Below, one piece after another: positions 8,176 through 18,205 of a stretch of 64,000 nucleotides of DNA. Every line of letters starts with the position of its first letter. Positions within the stretch are counted from its first letter, which is position 1. The position numbers and the translations under genes were made by a program. The notes beneath the pieces are model-generated. The model had not been told where the DNA came from. It did not search any database and saw only the letters and a program-made list of their open reading frames with translations. The stretch is from an uncultured delta proteobacterium. Lineage in GTDB: Bacteria > Desulfobacterota > RBG-13-43-22. The DNA lies in assembly GCA_963821645.1 (NCBI GenBank), contig CAWGEQ010000051.1:17282-81281 (forward strand), given 5' to 3'.

Positions 8176-9324
8176 TCATTGCTGTATAATTCGGACGATG
8201 TCATTGTAAAAAACAAAGACCATCAGCAGGATCAGAACAAACATGCCGACTTGTTGGGCTACTTCTCGTTTCTTCAGGCTGAGGGGTTTCCCCAGGATCC
8301 ATTCAAGTCCAAAAAAGAATAAATGCCCTCCATCCAGAACGGGTATGGGAAGAAGATTTAAGATTCCCAGGTTTATGCTCAGCAAGGCGGTAAAAAACAG
8401 GAGATTGGCCCATCCTTCCTGGGCCTGCTGATCGGCCAATTGGGCAATAAAAATCGGTCCGCCTAATGTCTCTAAGGGTACCTTCCGCTCCACCAGTTTG
8501 ATCAGACTGACCACGGTCATTTTCGTAATTCCCCAGGTTTGGGCCAGTCCGTTTTGAAAGGCCTCAAAAAAACCCAACTCCCTGGTAACGTATTTCCCCG
8601 AAGGGGTAACTCCGATAACCGCTTCCCGAACATCTTCCCCAAAAAGATTCTTAACCGTACTTCTGACCGGAGTAACCTCGGTCTTATATTGCAGTTTTCC
8701 CCTGACAAAAATCATAGCAATGGGTTTTCCCGTGTTTTTTCGTATTATATCGGGCAAATCTTTCCAGTTGGTGATAGGCCTGCCATCCATCCGGATGATC
8801 TTGTCTCCTGAACGAAGACCGGCATTGTAGGCCGGGAAATCGCGCTTAACTTCCCCGATCTCACTGGTCAGTATGACCTGCCCGACGAATAAAAACCCCA
8901 AACAAAAGACGGCGACGGCGAAAAAAAGATTAAACAAAGGCCCGAAAAGGACAATCAGCATCCGTTTCCCGACGGACTTATGGGAAAAAGAAAAGGCCTT
9001 TTCTTCTTCCGAGACCTCTTCATCCGGCCCTTCTCCCACCATTTTTACATATCCCCCCAAGGGAAAGGCCGAGATCCGGTAGTCCGTTTCCCTCCATTTA
9101 AAACCTACCAGACGGGGACCCAAGCCGAAAGAAAATCGTTCCACCCTAACCCCAAAAAATTTTGCCGCCCCAAAATGTCCCAGCTCGTGAAAAAAGATCA
9201 GCAACCCGAGAACGATGATAAAAGGGACCAGCTTAAACAGAAACCCATAAAACAAAGGCTGGGTCCCGGCGGTTCCGGCAAGGATAGAGATAAAATTTCC
9301 CAATTGCAGTATAATCAAGTCCAT
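8176..9324 (-). CDS. rseP: RIP metalloprotease RseP (site-2 protease)
   Basis: HELGHF zinc motif, a PDZ-like middle region and multiple TM segments. It has the conserved position after dxr. Confidence 0.9.
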   Translation of the reverse strand: MDLIILQLGNFISILAGTAGTQPLFYGFLFKLVPFIIVLGLLIFFHELGHFGAAKFFGVRVERFSFGLGPRLVGFKWRETDYRISAFPLGGYVKMVGEGPDEEVSEEEKAFSFSHKSVGKRMLIVLFGPLFNLFFAVAVFCLGFLFVGQVILTSEIGEVKRDFPAYNAGLRSGDKIIRMDGRPITNWKDLPDIIRKNTGKPIAMIFVRGKLQYKTEVTPVRSTVKNLFGEDVREAVIGVTPSGKYVTRELGFFEAFQNGLAQTWGITKMTVVSLIKLVERKVPLETLGGPIFIAQLADQQAQEGWANLLFFTALLSINLGILNLLPIPVLDGGHLFFFGLEWILGKPLSLKKREVAQQVGMFVLILLMVFVFYNDIVRIIQQ

Positions 9325-9347
9325 TGAATGTCTTCCTTATGTTCAGT

Positions 9348-9420
9348 GGTATTAGGTACGGGGTGTAAGGTAAACGGTATAGGGCTTTTCCTTGAACCTT
9401 ATACCTTGAACCCTGAACCT
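9348..9420. repeat. Heptamer-periodic imperfect hairpin (AAGGT/ACCTT type)
   Basis: GGTATTAGGTACGGGGTGTAAGGTAAACGGTATAGGG / CTTGAACCTTATACCTTGAACCCTGAACC. The right arm overlaps the last codons of dxr (..KKGSGFKV). Confidence 0.8.
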
Positions 9421-10574
9421 TTCTTTTCAATCCAGGAACCGGCCAGCTTCCTGGCCCAGGAATCGATAGTCAGAATTTCTTCCAGACCACCGGGGGAGAC
9501 AGACTTATGATTTCCCATAGTCTCTTCTATTACGGCTGGAATCCCCTCGAATGACAGCCCTCCATTTAAAAAAGAAAAAACAGCCGCTTCATTGGCGGCA
9601 TTCAAAACCACCGGCATACTTCCTCCAACCCTTCCCGCTTCCAGGGCCAGCCTCAAACAAGGGAATCTTTCCAGGTCCGGTCTGAAGAAGGTCAAACCGG
9701 GCATTTGGAACAGATCTAAAAAACCATGATTCAAGGGCAGCCGCTCGGGATAAGATAGGGCATAGGCTATGGGCATCATCATATCCGGGTTTCCCATCTG
9801 GGCCAAGATAGAACCATCCTGATATTCGACCATGGAATGGACGATACTCTGAGGATGGATACAAACGTCCACCTGGTCCGGAGAAACGCCGAATAACCAC
9901 TGGGCCTCCATCACTTCCAGTCCTTTATTCATCAGGGTGGCTGAGTCAATGGTAATCTTCGGGCCCATTTTCCATTTGGGATGATTCAAGGCTTGCCGGC
10001 CGGTAATGCCTTTCATCTCTTCAAGGGAGCACTTCCAAAAAGGGCCCCCTGATGCTGTGAGGATAATCCTTCGTAAGGCCTCTCGCTGCTGGCCCTGCAA
10101 AACTTGGAAAATGGCGCTGTGTTCGCTGTCAATGGGGAGAATAGTCACTCCATGTTTTCGGGCTTCTTCCACCATCAAGGCGCCGGCCATCACTAAGGGC
10201 TCTTTATTGGCCAGGGCGATGGTCTTTCCGGCCTTAATGGCCGCCAGGGTTGGCCCTAATCCAATCGCTCCGACCATGGCCGAGACAACCATGTCCACCT
10301 TATCCAGGGCGGCAATTTCTTCATGACCTTCGGGCCCCCAAAGGACCCTTAAGGGAAATCCCGGAAACCCGCCATCGGTTAATTCAACGGCTTCTTTCTC
10401 CGAAGCCACCGAAACCGCTTGAGGCTTAAAATAAAGGATCTGTTGGCGAAGAAGTTTTATATTTTTCCCGGCAACCAGTCCGATGATGCGAAATTGATCC
10501 TCAAATTGTTTCACCAGACTGAGGACCTGAACCCCGATAGAACCGGTACTGCCTAAGAGGGATAATACTTTCAA
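9399..10574 (-). CDS. dxr: 1-deoxy-D-xylulose 5-phosphate reductoisomerase
   Basis: LGSTGSIG..., LANKE, IDSEHSAIFQ and NHPKWKMG motifs. Confidence 0.95.
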   Translation of the reverse strand: MKVLSLLGSTGSIGVQVLSLVKQFEDQFRIIGLVAGKNIKLLRQQILYFKPQAVSVASEKEAVELTDGGFPGFPLRVLWGPEGHEEIAALDKVDMVVSAMVGAIGLGPTLAAIKAGKTIALANKEPLVMAGALMVEEARKHGVTILPIDSEHSAIFQVLQGQQREALRRIILTASGGPFWKCSLEEMKGITGRQALNHPKWKMGPKITIDSATLMNKGLEVMEAQWLFGVSPDQVDVCIHPQSIVHSMVEYQDGSILAQMGNPDMMMPIAYALSYPERLPLNHGFLDLFQMPGLTFFRPDLERFPCLRLALEAGRVGGSMPVVLNAANEAAVFSFLNGGLSFEGIPAVIEETMGNHKSVSPGGLEEILTIDSWARKLAGSWIEKKGSGFKV

Positions 10575-10637
10575 CGCTTCAATCCAATCCTAATCCGAAG
10601 GAATCAAAAAAATTATCAAATCTTTTCCCTTATCCAT

Positions 10638-11462
10638 TCATTTCTGAAAAAACACGATAAAAAAATAAACCAACGGCGCCGGCAACAGCAGGCTGTCCAC
10701 GCGATCCAGAAACCCACCGTGCCCCGGGAAAAGGGAGCCCGAATCCTTTACCCGGACAGTCCGTTTAAACATGGATTCCAGCAAATCACCCAATTGGCTG
10801 ACCACACCAATCAGCAAACCCAGGCCGATCATATAGACCCTGGGATATTGAGAGAACAGGGTCTCTTGAAAAATCCAGGCCACCAACAAATTGGCCGCCA
10901 GGCCACCCAAAGACCCTTCGATGGTTTTTCGGGGGCTTATCAAAGGGGCCAGTTTATGTCTCCCCCAGGTGCGTCCCACATAATAGGCAGCCGTATCCCC
11001 GGCGTAGTTGACGGCCAACAGGAAAAAAAGCCAGTTAACGCCATGGCCTTCCTTCCGAATGAGGATAAAAAAAGGAAGATAGAGCGGCAAGTACCAGAGA
11101 GCAAATATTTGTTTCCCAAGGGAATCAAAAAAAGGTTTCTGGTTCGGGAAGGAAACCATCAATTGTATAAAACAAAAAATCGTCCCCAGGACCAAGGCTA
11201 AAAAAAGGCCGTTTGGCCCTATAAAATAAGCACCACCAAGGGTCAAGGTCCCGATAAACCAATGAAGCCATAGGATATGGGCCGGGGGTTTTTCATAAAG
11301 CAAATAAAAAAATTCCCGGTTCCCTAAAAAAAAACCGGCCCAGACCAGTATGAGAAAAAGAACCGGACCCCCGAAGTAGAGACAACTAAAAAGCAAGGGT
11401 ATAATCAACGAAGCGGTGATAACGCGTTTACCATGAGAAGTAGGTGACTGAAAACCCAACAC
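10638..11462 (-). CDS. cdsA: Phosphatidate cytidylyltransferase
   Basis: A multi-TM protein with the C-terminal SMFKRTVRVKDSGSLFPGHGGFLDRVDS signature. Confidence 0.9.
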   Translation of the reverse strand: MLGFQSPTSHGKRVITASLIIPLLFSCLYFGGPVLFLILVWAGFFLGNREFFYLLYEKPPAHILWLHWFIGTLTLGGAYFIGPNGLFLALVLGTIFCFIQLMVSFPNQKPFFDSLGKQIFALWYLPLYLPFFILIRKEGHGVNWLFFLLAVNYAGDTAAYYVGRTWGRHKLAPLISPRKTIEGSLGGLAANLLVAWIFQETLFSQYPRVYMIGLGLLIGVVSQLGDLLESMFKRTVRVKDSGSLFPGHGGFLDRVDSLLLPAPLVYFFIVFFQK

Positions 11463-11468
11463 AGCTCC

Positions 11469-12233
11469 TTAAGAACGATCCCGGAGAGGCAGGGGTTTTT
11501 TCCGGCGAACCTGATCCCCGGTCAAGCCGAAACGTCTTTCCCTCTCTTGAAATTCTTGAATGGCGGTCAGGAGGTGTTTTTTACGGAAATCAGGCCAGAG
11601 GGTCTGGGTCACATAAATTTCCGTATAAGCCGATTGATAAATTAAAAAATCACTCAGCCGGTATTCCCCGCTGGTTCGAATGAGCAAATCCGGGTCCGGC
11701 AAACCTTGGGTATAGAGGTATCGCTCAAAGGTCGCCTCTGAAATATCTTCGATGGAAAGGGTCTTATTCAGGACGGCTTCAGCCACCTTCCGAACGGCCA
11801 TAAGGATTTCAGCCCGCCCGCTGTAGCTCAAGGCCACATTTAAGATCATGTCCGTGTTCTCTTGGGTTTGTGAAATGGCCTTTATCAACTGCGGCTGGAG
11901 CTTATCAGGTAACTGTTCCAGGTTACCGATGACTTTTAAGGCAATCCCGTTTTTCTTCAATTCCTGGATTTCGGATTTCAAATAACGGGAGAGCAACTGC
12001 ATTAAGGCCTTAACCTCCCATTTAGGGCGATTCCAGTTTTCCCTCGAAAACGCATAGAGGCTCAAAACCTGAATCCCCAATTCCCGGCAGGTCTTCACCG
12101 CCTCTCGAACCGATTCCACGCCCTGTTTGTGCCCGGCCACACGGGGCAAGGATCGCTGCTGGGCCCAACGTCCGTTCCCATCCATAATGATGGCAATATG
12201 CCTGGGTATTTTTTCAGAATAAGTTGATTTCAT
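11469..12233 (-). CDS. uppS: Isoprenyl transferase (undecaprenyl diphosphate synthase)
   Basis: HIAIIMDGNGRWA, FSRENW.RP and RTSGE.RLSDFL motifs. Confidence 0.95.
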   Translation of the reverse strand: MKSTYSEKIPRHIAIIMDGNGRWAQQRSLPRVAGHKQGVESVREAVKTCRELGIQVLSLYAFSRENWNRPKWEVKALMQLLSRYLKSEIQELKKNGIALKVIGNLEQLPDKLQPQLIKAISQTQENTDMILNVALSYSGRAEILMAVRKVAEAVLNKTLSIEDISEATFERYLYTQGLPDPDLLIRTSGEYRLSDFLIYQSAYTEIYVTQTLWPDFRKKHLLTAIQEFQERERRFGLTGDQVRRKKPLPLRDRS

Positions 12234-12295
12234 CAGGAATGGGGATGCGGATACGAAATCCGCCTTTGGTGAATACTCAGGCTCTTACGAAGCCG

Positions 12296-12853
12296 CTAAA
12301 AGGATAAGATCTCTTTTTCTTTCTCCTCGCTGATTCGGTCCACCCTTACAATAAAGTCATTGGTAATTTTTTGGACCTCTTCCTGCGCTTTAAAAAGTGC
12401 GTCCTCGGAAATGGCCTTATCTTTTTTCAGTTCTTTTAATGATTCATTGGACTCCCGGCGACTATTCCGCAAGGCTACCCTGGATTCTTCGGCTATTTTC
12501 TTGATCACCTTGACCAGATCGCGGCGTCTTTCTTCGGTCAAGGCAGGTATATTGATGCGGATTATTTTTCCATCATTAATAGGGTTGAGCCCCAGTTCGG
12601 ATTTAAGGATAGCCCTTTCGATATCACCGATGGCCTTGATATCCCAGGGTTGAATGGTAATCAACCGGCTTTCCGGTACAGCAATAGAGGCCACCTGGTT
12701 CAACGGAACCTGGCTGCCGTAATATTGAACCCGAAGTCCGTCCAACAAAGAAACGGAAGCCCGTCCGGTGCGAATCCGGCTTAAGTCTTTTTTTAAGGCC
12801 TCTATGGCCTTCTCCATCCTTTCCTTTGTCTCTTTATATACCTTGTCCAACAT
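12296..12853 (-). CDS. frr: Ribosome recycling factor
   Basis: A 185-aa protein with [11 protein letters not shown]...ITIQPWD...[11 protein letters not shown]. Confidence 0.95.
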   Translation of the reverse strand: MLDKVYKETKERMEKAIEALKKDLSRIRTGRASVSLLDGLRVQYYGSQVPLNQVASIAVPESRLITIQPWDIKAIGDIERAILKSELGLNPINDGKIIRINIPALTEERRRDLVKVIKKIAEESRVALRNSRRESNESLKELKKDKAISEDALFKAQEEVQKITNDFIVRVDRISEEKEKEILSF

Positions 12854-12856
12854 GAT

Positions 12857-13579
12857 TCACCCCTTTATCAAGGTCCCGATGCGGGAACCCAGGAGGATCT
12901 TTTTTAAGTTACCCTTTATCAAACCGTTAAAAACGATGATCGGGATGTTGTTTTCCCTGGCCAGAGAAACGGCCGTAGCGTCCATAACCTGAAGGTGACT
13001 CTGTAAGAAGTGGGAATAACTTATTTCCTTATAGATCTTGGCACCGGGATTCAATTTCGGATCCTTATCATAGACCCCTTCCACCTGAGTGGCTTTTAAA
13101 ATCACTTCTGCACCCAGTTCAGAGGCCCTTAAGGCCGCGGCGGTGTCCGTGGTAAAAAAGGGATTTCCCGTTCCGGCCGCAAGCAGCAGGACCGTCCCCT
13201 TTTCCAGCAGGACCTTGGCCGATTGAGGCACATAGGCTTCGGCCAGACCCTGGACCGGCAAGGCCGATAAAACCAGGGCCTGAATTTTTTCGTTTTTCAA
13301 AGACTCTTTGATGGCCACGGCATTGAACAGGGTGGCCAACATCCCCAAATAGTCGGCTTGAATCCGGTCCATGCCGCGGGCACTGGCGGCAACCCCGCGG
13401 AAGATATTCCCCCCCCCGACAACGATACCGATCTGAGCGCCCAGGGCGACGACTTCTTTAATCTCCCCGGCGGTCTTGGCCACGACCTTGACGTCGATAC
13501 CAAATCCCTTATCACCGGCCAGGGCCTCCCCGCTGAGCTTCAATAAAATTTTTTTATATTTCTTTTTGTTTCCGGCCAT
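12857..13579 (-). CDS. pyrH: UMP kinase
   Basis: KILLKLSGEAL...GIVVGGGNIFRG... Confidence 0.95.
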   Translation of the reverse strand: MAGNKKKYKKILLKLSGEALAGDKGFGIDVKVVAKTAGEIKEVVALGAQIGIVVGGGNIFRGVAASARGMDRIQADYLGMLATLFNAVAIKESLKNEKIQALVLSALPVQGLAEAYVPQSAKVLLEKGTVLLLAAGTGNPFFTTDTAAALRASELGAEVILKATQVEGVYDKDPKLNPGAKIYKEISYSHFLQSHLQVMDATAVSLARENNIPIIVFNGLIKGNLKKILLGSRIGTLIKG

Positions 13580-13715
13580 GGTTTATCCTTGGGATCGCCC
13601 GCACCGGGCTTGAGGATCGCTTCGCTGAAGGATCGTCCCGCCTTCGACGGGACTTGAGGGAGGAGTCATTTGCCTTATGCCTCTAACGAAGTGCTCCCCG
13701 ATCGAAGCGGCCCTC

Positions 13716-14312
13716 TTATTCTTCACCTAACTGATACCGGGCGAAGCGCCGTATGGTGATGCTTTCCCCAATCTGGGCAATCTTTTCATTGATTAAGTCC
13801 GTGATGGAGATATCCGGATTTTTAACGTAGGGTTGCTCCATCAGGCAGGACTCTTTTAAATATTTTTCCACTTTACCTTCCACCATCTTCTCAACGACTT
13901 TTTCCGGTTTTCCGGTCTCTTTGGCCTGAGCCCTATAGATCTCCTTCTCCTTTTCCAGGAGTTCGGCCGGCATCTCTTCCCGGCGCACACACATCGGATT
14001 GGCGGCGGCGATATGCATGGCCAGGTTGTGGACCAGTTCCCCGAACTGCTCGGTCCGGCCGACAAAATCGGTTTCACAATTGATCTCCACCATTACCCCG
14101 ATCTTCCCGCCGGCATGAATGTAGGAACCAACCTGTCCTTGAGAAGTGGTCCTCCCGGCCCTTTTCTGGGCAGTGGCCAAGCCTTTTTTCCGTAAATGGT
14201 CAACGGCTTTTTCCATATCACCGTCGGCCGCTTTTAAGGCCTCTTTACAATCCATCATTCCGGCCTGGGTCTTATCCCGCAGGGCCTTGACTAATTCCGA
14301 TGTTATATTCAA
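13716..14312 (-). CDS. tsf: Elongation factor Ts (short form)
   Basis: [16 protein letters not shown]...[13 protein letters not shown] with a UBA-like N-terminus. It overlaps the rpsB stop by 4 nt. Confidence 0.95.
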   Translation of the reverse strand: MNITSELVKALRDKTQAGMMDCKEALKAADGDMEKAVDHLRKKGLATAQKRAGRTTSQGQVGSYIHAGGKIGVMVEINCETDFVGRTEQFGELVHNLAMHIAAANPMCVRREEMPAELLEKEKEIYRAQAKETGKPEKVVEKMVEGKVEKYLKESCLMEQPYVKNPDISITDLINEKIAQIGESITIRRFARYQLGEE

Positions 14313-15166
14313 CTTTCCGTACCTCCCTGGATTGACGTTTCTTCGAGCTTTCGAATGATGATCACTTCCGGACCTCCCGGAACTTGAGGACTTTCCCCCT
14401 TCTTAACTCCTAATGGGGGTGTTTCAACAGCGGCTTCTTCAGGCATGGCCTCTTTATCGATCTCCGCCTGTTGAGCCTCTTCCCTCTTGGCCTTGCCTTC
14501 CAGACAGGCATCGGCCATCTTAGAGGTAATCAACCGGATGGCCCGAATGGCATCGTCGTTACCGGGGATGATATAATCAATTTCATCGGGATCGCAGTTG
14601 GTGTCCACAACCGATACCAGGGGGATCCCCAATTTTCTGGCCTCCAGGATGGCTATCCGTTCCTTTCGAGGATCGATGACAAAAATGGCCTTAGGGAGGG
14701 CTTCCAGATCCTTGATGCCACCCAAGTTGCGGAGCAGTTTGACATACTCTCGATCCATGGTGATGATTTCTTTCTTGGGAAACCTCTGAATCGTTCCGTC
14801 GGCCTTGATCCTTTCCAAATATTTCAACCGTTCTATCCCCAGGCGAATGGTCACAAAATTGGTCAACGTCCCCCCCAACCAGCGGTGATTGACATAAAAC
14901 ATCCCGCAACGATCGGTTTCTTCTTTTATGGCCTCCTGGGCCTGTTTTTTGGTGCCCACAAAGAGAACCGTTCCGCCCTGAGCCACGGTATCCACTACAA
15001 AATCATAGGCGGTTTTAAACAGGTTGACGGTTTTTTGCAGATCAATGATGTAAATCCCATTCCTGGCCCCGTAAATATAAGGCTTCATTTTGGGATTCCA
15101 TCGCTTGGTCTGGTGGCCGAAATGAACCCCGGCCTCCAATAACTGCTTCATCGAAACATAAGACAT
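14309..15166 (-). CDS. rpsB: 30S ribosomal protein S2 (with an acidic C-terminal extension)
   Basis: [19 protein letters not shown]... Confidence 0.95.
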   Translation of the reverse strand: MSYVSMKQLLEAGVHFGHQTKRWNPKMKPYIYGARNGIYIIDLQKTVNLFKTAYDFVVDTVAQGGTVLFVGTKKQAQEAIKEETDRCGMFYVNHRWLGGTLTNFVTIRLGIERLKYLERIKADGTIQRFPKKEIITMDREYVKLLRNLGGIKDLEALPKAIFVIDPRKERIAILEARKLGIPLVSVVDTNCDPDEIDYIIPGNDDAIRAIRLITSKMADACLEGKAKREEAQQAEIDKEAMPEEAAVETPPLGVKKGESPQVPGGPEVIIIRKLEETSIQGGTES

Positions 15167-15275
15167 AATCTTCCTCCTTTTGGGTTATTCCGCCGCTTTT
15201 TCAACAGCTTTCTCCCCTTTTTTAAAGCTTCACCCCAGGGGCCGAAAAAAGCGTGAGAATTTAGTAAATTTATAT

Positions 15276-15304
15276 ATTATACTTAAAAATGATTTTTCAA
15301 GCAA
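15276..15304 (-). promoter_or_regulatory. Candidate sigma70 promoter of the rpsB operon (TTGCTT-N17-TATAAT)
   Basis: On the minus strand the -35 is at 15299-15304 and the -10 at 15276-15281, with an exact 17-nt spacer. It lies about 110 nt upstream of the rpsB ATG. Confidence 0.5.
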
Positions 15305-15311
15305 GGAAAAA

Positions 15312-15824
15312 CTATGGATTTTTTTCCAAGGCCAGTAGTCTCTTCTTGAGCGGCAGCCCGCCGCCAAAACCGACCAAATCTCCTCGGGCACCGATGACCC
15401 GATGGCAGGGGACCACAACAGGGACCGGGTTGTTATGATTGGCCAGACCGACGGCCCGGCAGGCCTTGGGACGGCCGATGGTCCGGGCTATTTCACCATA
15501 GCTTCGGGTTTCTCCATAGGGGATTTTCGTCAGGGTCTCCCAGACCTGAAGTTGAAAAGGGGTCCCTTGGAGGTCCAGGGGGACGGAAAAGGCAACTTTT
15601 CTGCCGGTTAGATATTCATCCAATTGTCGATAAAGATCCTCAAAGGGGTCGGGGTTTTGGGTAAAAAAATTGGGTTGAAAATGAGTCAGGATCTTTTCAA
15701 AAAAGGATTCCACTGAATGGGTCGGGAAGGAGAGATAGCACACCCCTTTCTCCGTAGCCGCCACATAGACTCTCCCCAAGACCGGAAACTGCTTGCTGTC
15801 ATAGTATACCGTTTTGCTGTTCAT
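15312..15824 (-). CDS. ogt: Methylated-DNA--protein-cysteine methyltransferase
   Basis: IPYGETRSYGEIA...VVVPCHRVIG active-site motif. Confidence 0.9.
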   Translation of the reverse strand: MNSKTVYYDSKQFPVLGRVYVAATEKGVCYLSFPTHSVESFFEKILTHFQPNFFTQNPDPFEDLYRQLDEYLTGRKVAFSVPLDLQGTPFQLQVWETLTKIPYGETRSYGEIARTIGRPKACRAVGLANHNNPVPVVVPCHRVIGARGDLVGFGGGLPLKKRLLALEKNP

Positions 15825-15887
15825 CCTATTTTCTCTGGTAACCTCCCAAAAAGTACGATAAAAGTTGATGGATCGCTCCTCCCGTTA

Positions 15888-16823
15888 TTAACCTTTCCAT
15901 CTGGACCCTTGAAAACCGTCTGTTTCCCGGAAACGATCATGGATCATTTTTAAGGTCTCCTGTTTTTTTAAGACCCAGAGGGGGGCCACGAACTGCTTAG
16001 GATTGGGGTCTCCCGTCAGGCGTTGAATGATCCAGTGGGGCGGGCAATGTTCCAAAAACCGGCAGACCCAATCCACATATTGGTCCTGCCCGATAGGATG
16101 ATAGTTTCCCTGCCGGTACCAGGTTTCCAGTAAGGTCCCCCGGTTGATATAAAGTGAATGGATTTTTATTCCCTGAATATCCAGTTCGGCCAATCGCTCG
16201 GCAGTAAAGAGGATTTCCTCCGGCCCCTCACCAGGCAAACCCAGAATGACATGAACGCAAATATTGATCTGGCGTTTCCTGGTCTCTTTAACGGCCCGGA
16301 TAAAATCTTCCACCGTATGTCCCCGGTTAAGCAAAGCCAAAGTTTTAGGGTGAAAGGATTGAAGACCATATTCGATCCAAACCAGATGGGAGTTTTGATA
16401 ACCGGCCAGGAGATCGAGGACCTCGGGGTTAATGCAGTCCGGTCTGGTCCCTACCGACAATCCGACCACCTCTTCTATGGACAGGGCCTCCTGATACAAC
16501 GGCGCTAAAATCTCCAAGGGGGCATAGGTGTTGGAGAAAGACTGAAAATAGGCGATAAATTTAGAGGCCCCGTACCGTTTCTTCAAAAAGCCTTTCCCTT
16601 GGATGATCTGCCGGGTTATCGAAGGAGTCCGCAAATAGGCCCCTGTACCGGAACCCTGGGAATCACAATACAGACACCCTGAGGTTCCTTTGGTCCCATC
16701 ACGGTTCGGGCAGGTCAAACCCGCATCTAAGGAAATTTTTTGAACCCGACAGCCGAAAACCTGGGTCAAATAAGAGGAATACCGGTTATAGGGTTGATCA
16801 TTCATTGGCGGAAATAGTACCAT
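15888..16823 (-). CDS. TIGR01212-family radical SAM protein
   Basis: LDAGLTCPNRDGTKGTSGCLYCD is characteristic of this family. 311 aa. Confidence 0.85.
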   Translation of the reverse strand: MVLFPPMNDQPYNRYSSYLTQVFGCRVQKISLDAGLTCPNRDGTKGTSGCLYCDSQGSGTGAYLRTPSITRQIIQGKGFLKKRYGASKFIAYFQSFSNTYAPLEILAPLYQEALSIEEVVGLSVGTRPDCINPEVLDLLAGYQNSHLVWIEYGLQSFHPKTLALLNRGHTVEDFIRAVKETRKRQINICVHVILGLPGEGPEEILFTAERLAELDIQGIKIHSLYINRGTLLETWYRQGNYHPIGQDQYVDWVCRFLEHCPPHWIIQRLTGDPNPKQFVAPLWVLKKQETLKMIHDRFRETDGFQGSRWKG

Positions 16824-16858
16824 AAAGATCGAAAACTGTGGTATAATTTATTCAGAAA

Positions 16859-18097
16859 GTGACAACCAAAGAAAGGTTAATAAAGATGCACTCCAACAAC
16901 GAACCTTCTCCTTTATTTGTGCCTTCCTCTGAGATAGAAACAAGAATTCGCTGTCTTCAGGAAAAGATGGGCCTGGAAGGGATGGACGGGGTCCTGATCT
17001 GCCAGAACGTGGACCTTTTTTACTTTTCCGGCACCATGCAGCCGGGCTTTCTTTATGTCCCGATTGAAGAAGAGCCGGTATTCCTGTCCAAAAAAAATAT
17101 CGACCGGGCACTGGAAGAATCTACCCTTAATACCATTGTGGCCATATCCTCGGCCAAGGAAATCCCTTCTTTATTGGCCGACAGGGGCCTTCCCCAACCC
17201 CAGGACCTGGGACTGGAAATGGATATCCTGCCGGCCAACGGGTATCTTCAATTGAAAAGCATTTATAAGAATTCCCGGATCATGGATGCCTCTATCCTGA
17301 TCCGCAAGTGCCGGATGCTTAAATCCCCCTGGGAAATCGAAAAGATGAGCCGGGCCGCACAAATGATGACTCGAATGGTCCTCGAGGTTCCCAAGGTCTT
17401 GCGGCCGGGAATGACGGAAATAGCGTTGGCCGGTTTACTGGAGGCCTTCCTGCGCAAAGAAGGGCACCAGGGGTTTATCAGAAGCCGGGGCTTTAATCAG
17501 GAAATCTTCTATGGCCACCTGCTTTCCGGGCCGGAAGGCCTCAAACCTTCTTATATGGATTCCCCTTCCGGGGGAATGGGTGTGGGACCGGCCTTTAGCC
17601 AAGGGGCAGGGTGCAAGCCGATCCGGGCCCGGGAGCCGATCAGTATTGATTATGTGGGTTGTTATAACGGATATCTGGTCGACCAAACCCGCATGTTTTC
17701 CCTTGGCGATCCGCCGAAGCCGGTCAAAGAGGCCTTTCAGGCCATTGTCCGGATTCAAGAATCCATCCGGTTGCAGGCCCAACCAGGTGTCCCCTGCGAG
17801 CAAGTTTATTTCTGGGCTGTTGAAGAAGCAATCCGTTTGGGATACAAGTCCCAATTCATGCGCACCGGCCTTACTCCATTATCTTATGTCGGCCATGGCC
17901 TCGGACTGGAGTTGGACGAACTTCCTATCATCGGCCAAAAATTTGATTGGCCCTTGGAGGCCGGAATGGTGTTTGCCCTGGAGCCGAAGATGTTCTTGCC
18001 CGAATACGGCCTGGTGGGTATCGAAAATACCTATCAGATGACCGAAACAGGACTCACCCTGATCACTACCGCTCCGGATGATTTTCAGATACTATGA
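16859..18097 (+). CDS. M24-family Xaa-Pro peptidase (creatinase-like N domain plus M24 domain)
   Basis: YNGYLVDQTRMF...HGLGLELDE...GMVFALEP. The ORF starts at GTG 16859, but ATG at 16886 is an alternative. Confidence 0.85.
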   Translation: MTTKERLIKMHSNNEPSPLFVPSSEIETRIRCLQEKMGLEGMDGVLICQNVDLFYFSGTMQPGFLYVPIEEEPVFLSKKNIDRALEESTLNTIVAISSAKEIPSLLADRGLPQPQDLGLEMDILPANGYLQLKSIYKNSRIMDASILIRKCRMLKSPWEIEKMSRAAQMMTRMVLEVPKVLRPGMTEIALAGLLEAFLRKEGHQGFIRSRGFNQEIFYGHLLSGPEGLKPSYMDSPSGGMGVGPAFSQGAGCKPIRAREPISIDYVGCYNGYLVDQTRMFSLGDPPKPVKEAFQAIVRIQESIRLQAQPGVPCEQVYFWAVEEAIRLGYKSQFMRTGLTPLSYVGHGLGLELDELPIIGQKFDWPLEAGMVFALEPKMFLPEYGLVGIENTYQMTETGLTLITTAPDDFQIL

Positions 18098-18106
18098 CCC
18101 CAAAAA

Positions 18107-18175
18107 GGTATAAGGTTTAAGGTAGAGGGTCATCCAAGGAGAGAGGTTTACCTTGAAACTTGAATCTTGAACCTG
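18107..18175. repeat. Heptamer-periodic imperfect hairpin (AAGGT/ACCTT type)
   Basis: GGTATAAGGTTTAAGGTAGAGGGT ... TACCTTGAAACTTGAATCTTGAACCT. It lies between the M24 peptidase gene and the oxidoreductase gene. Confidence 0.8.
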
Positions 18176-18205
18176 ACTCAGCCGTTTATCATTGGAGGTT
18201 CAACT

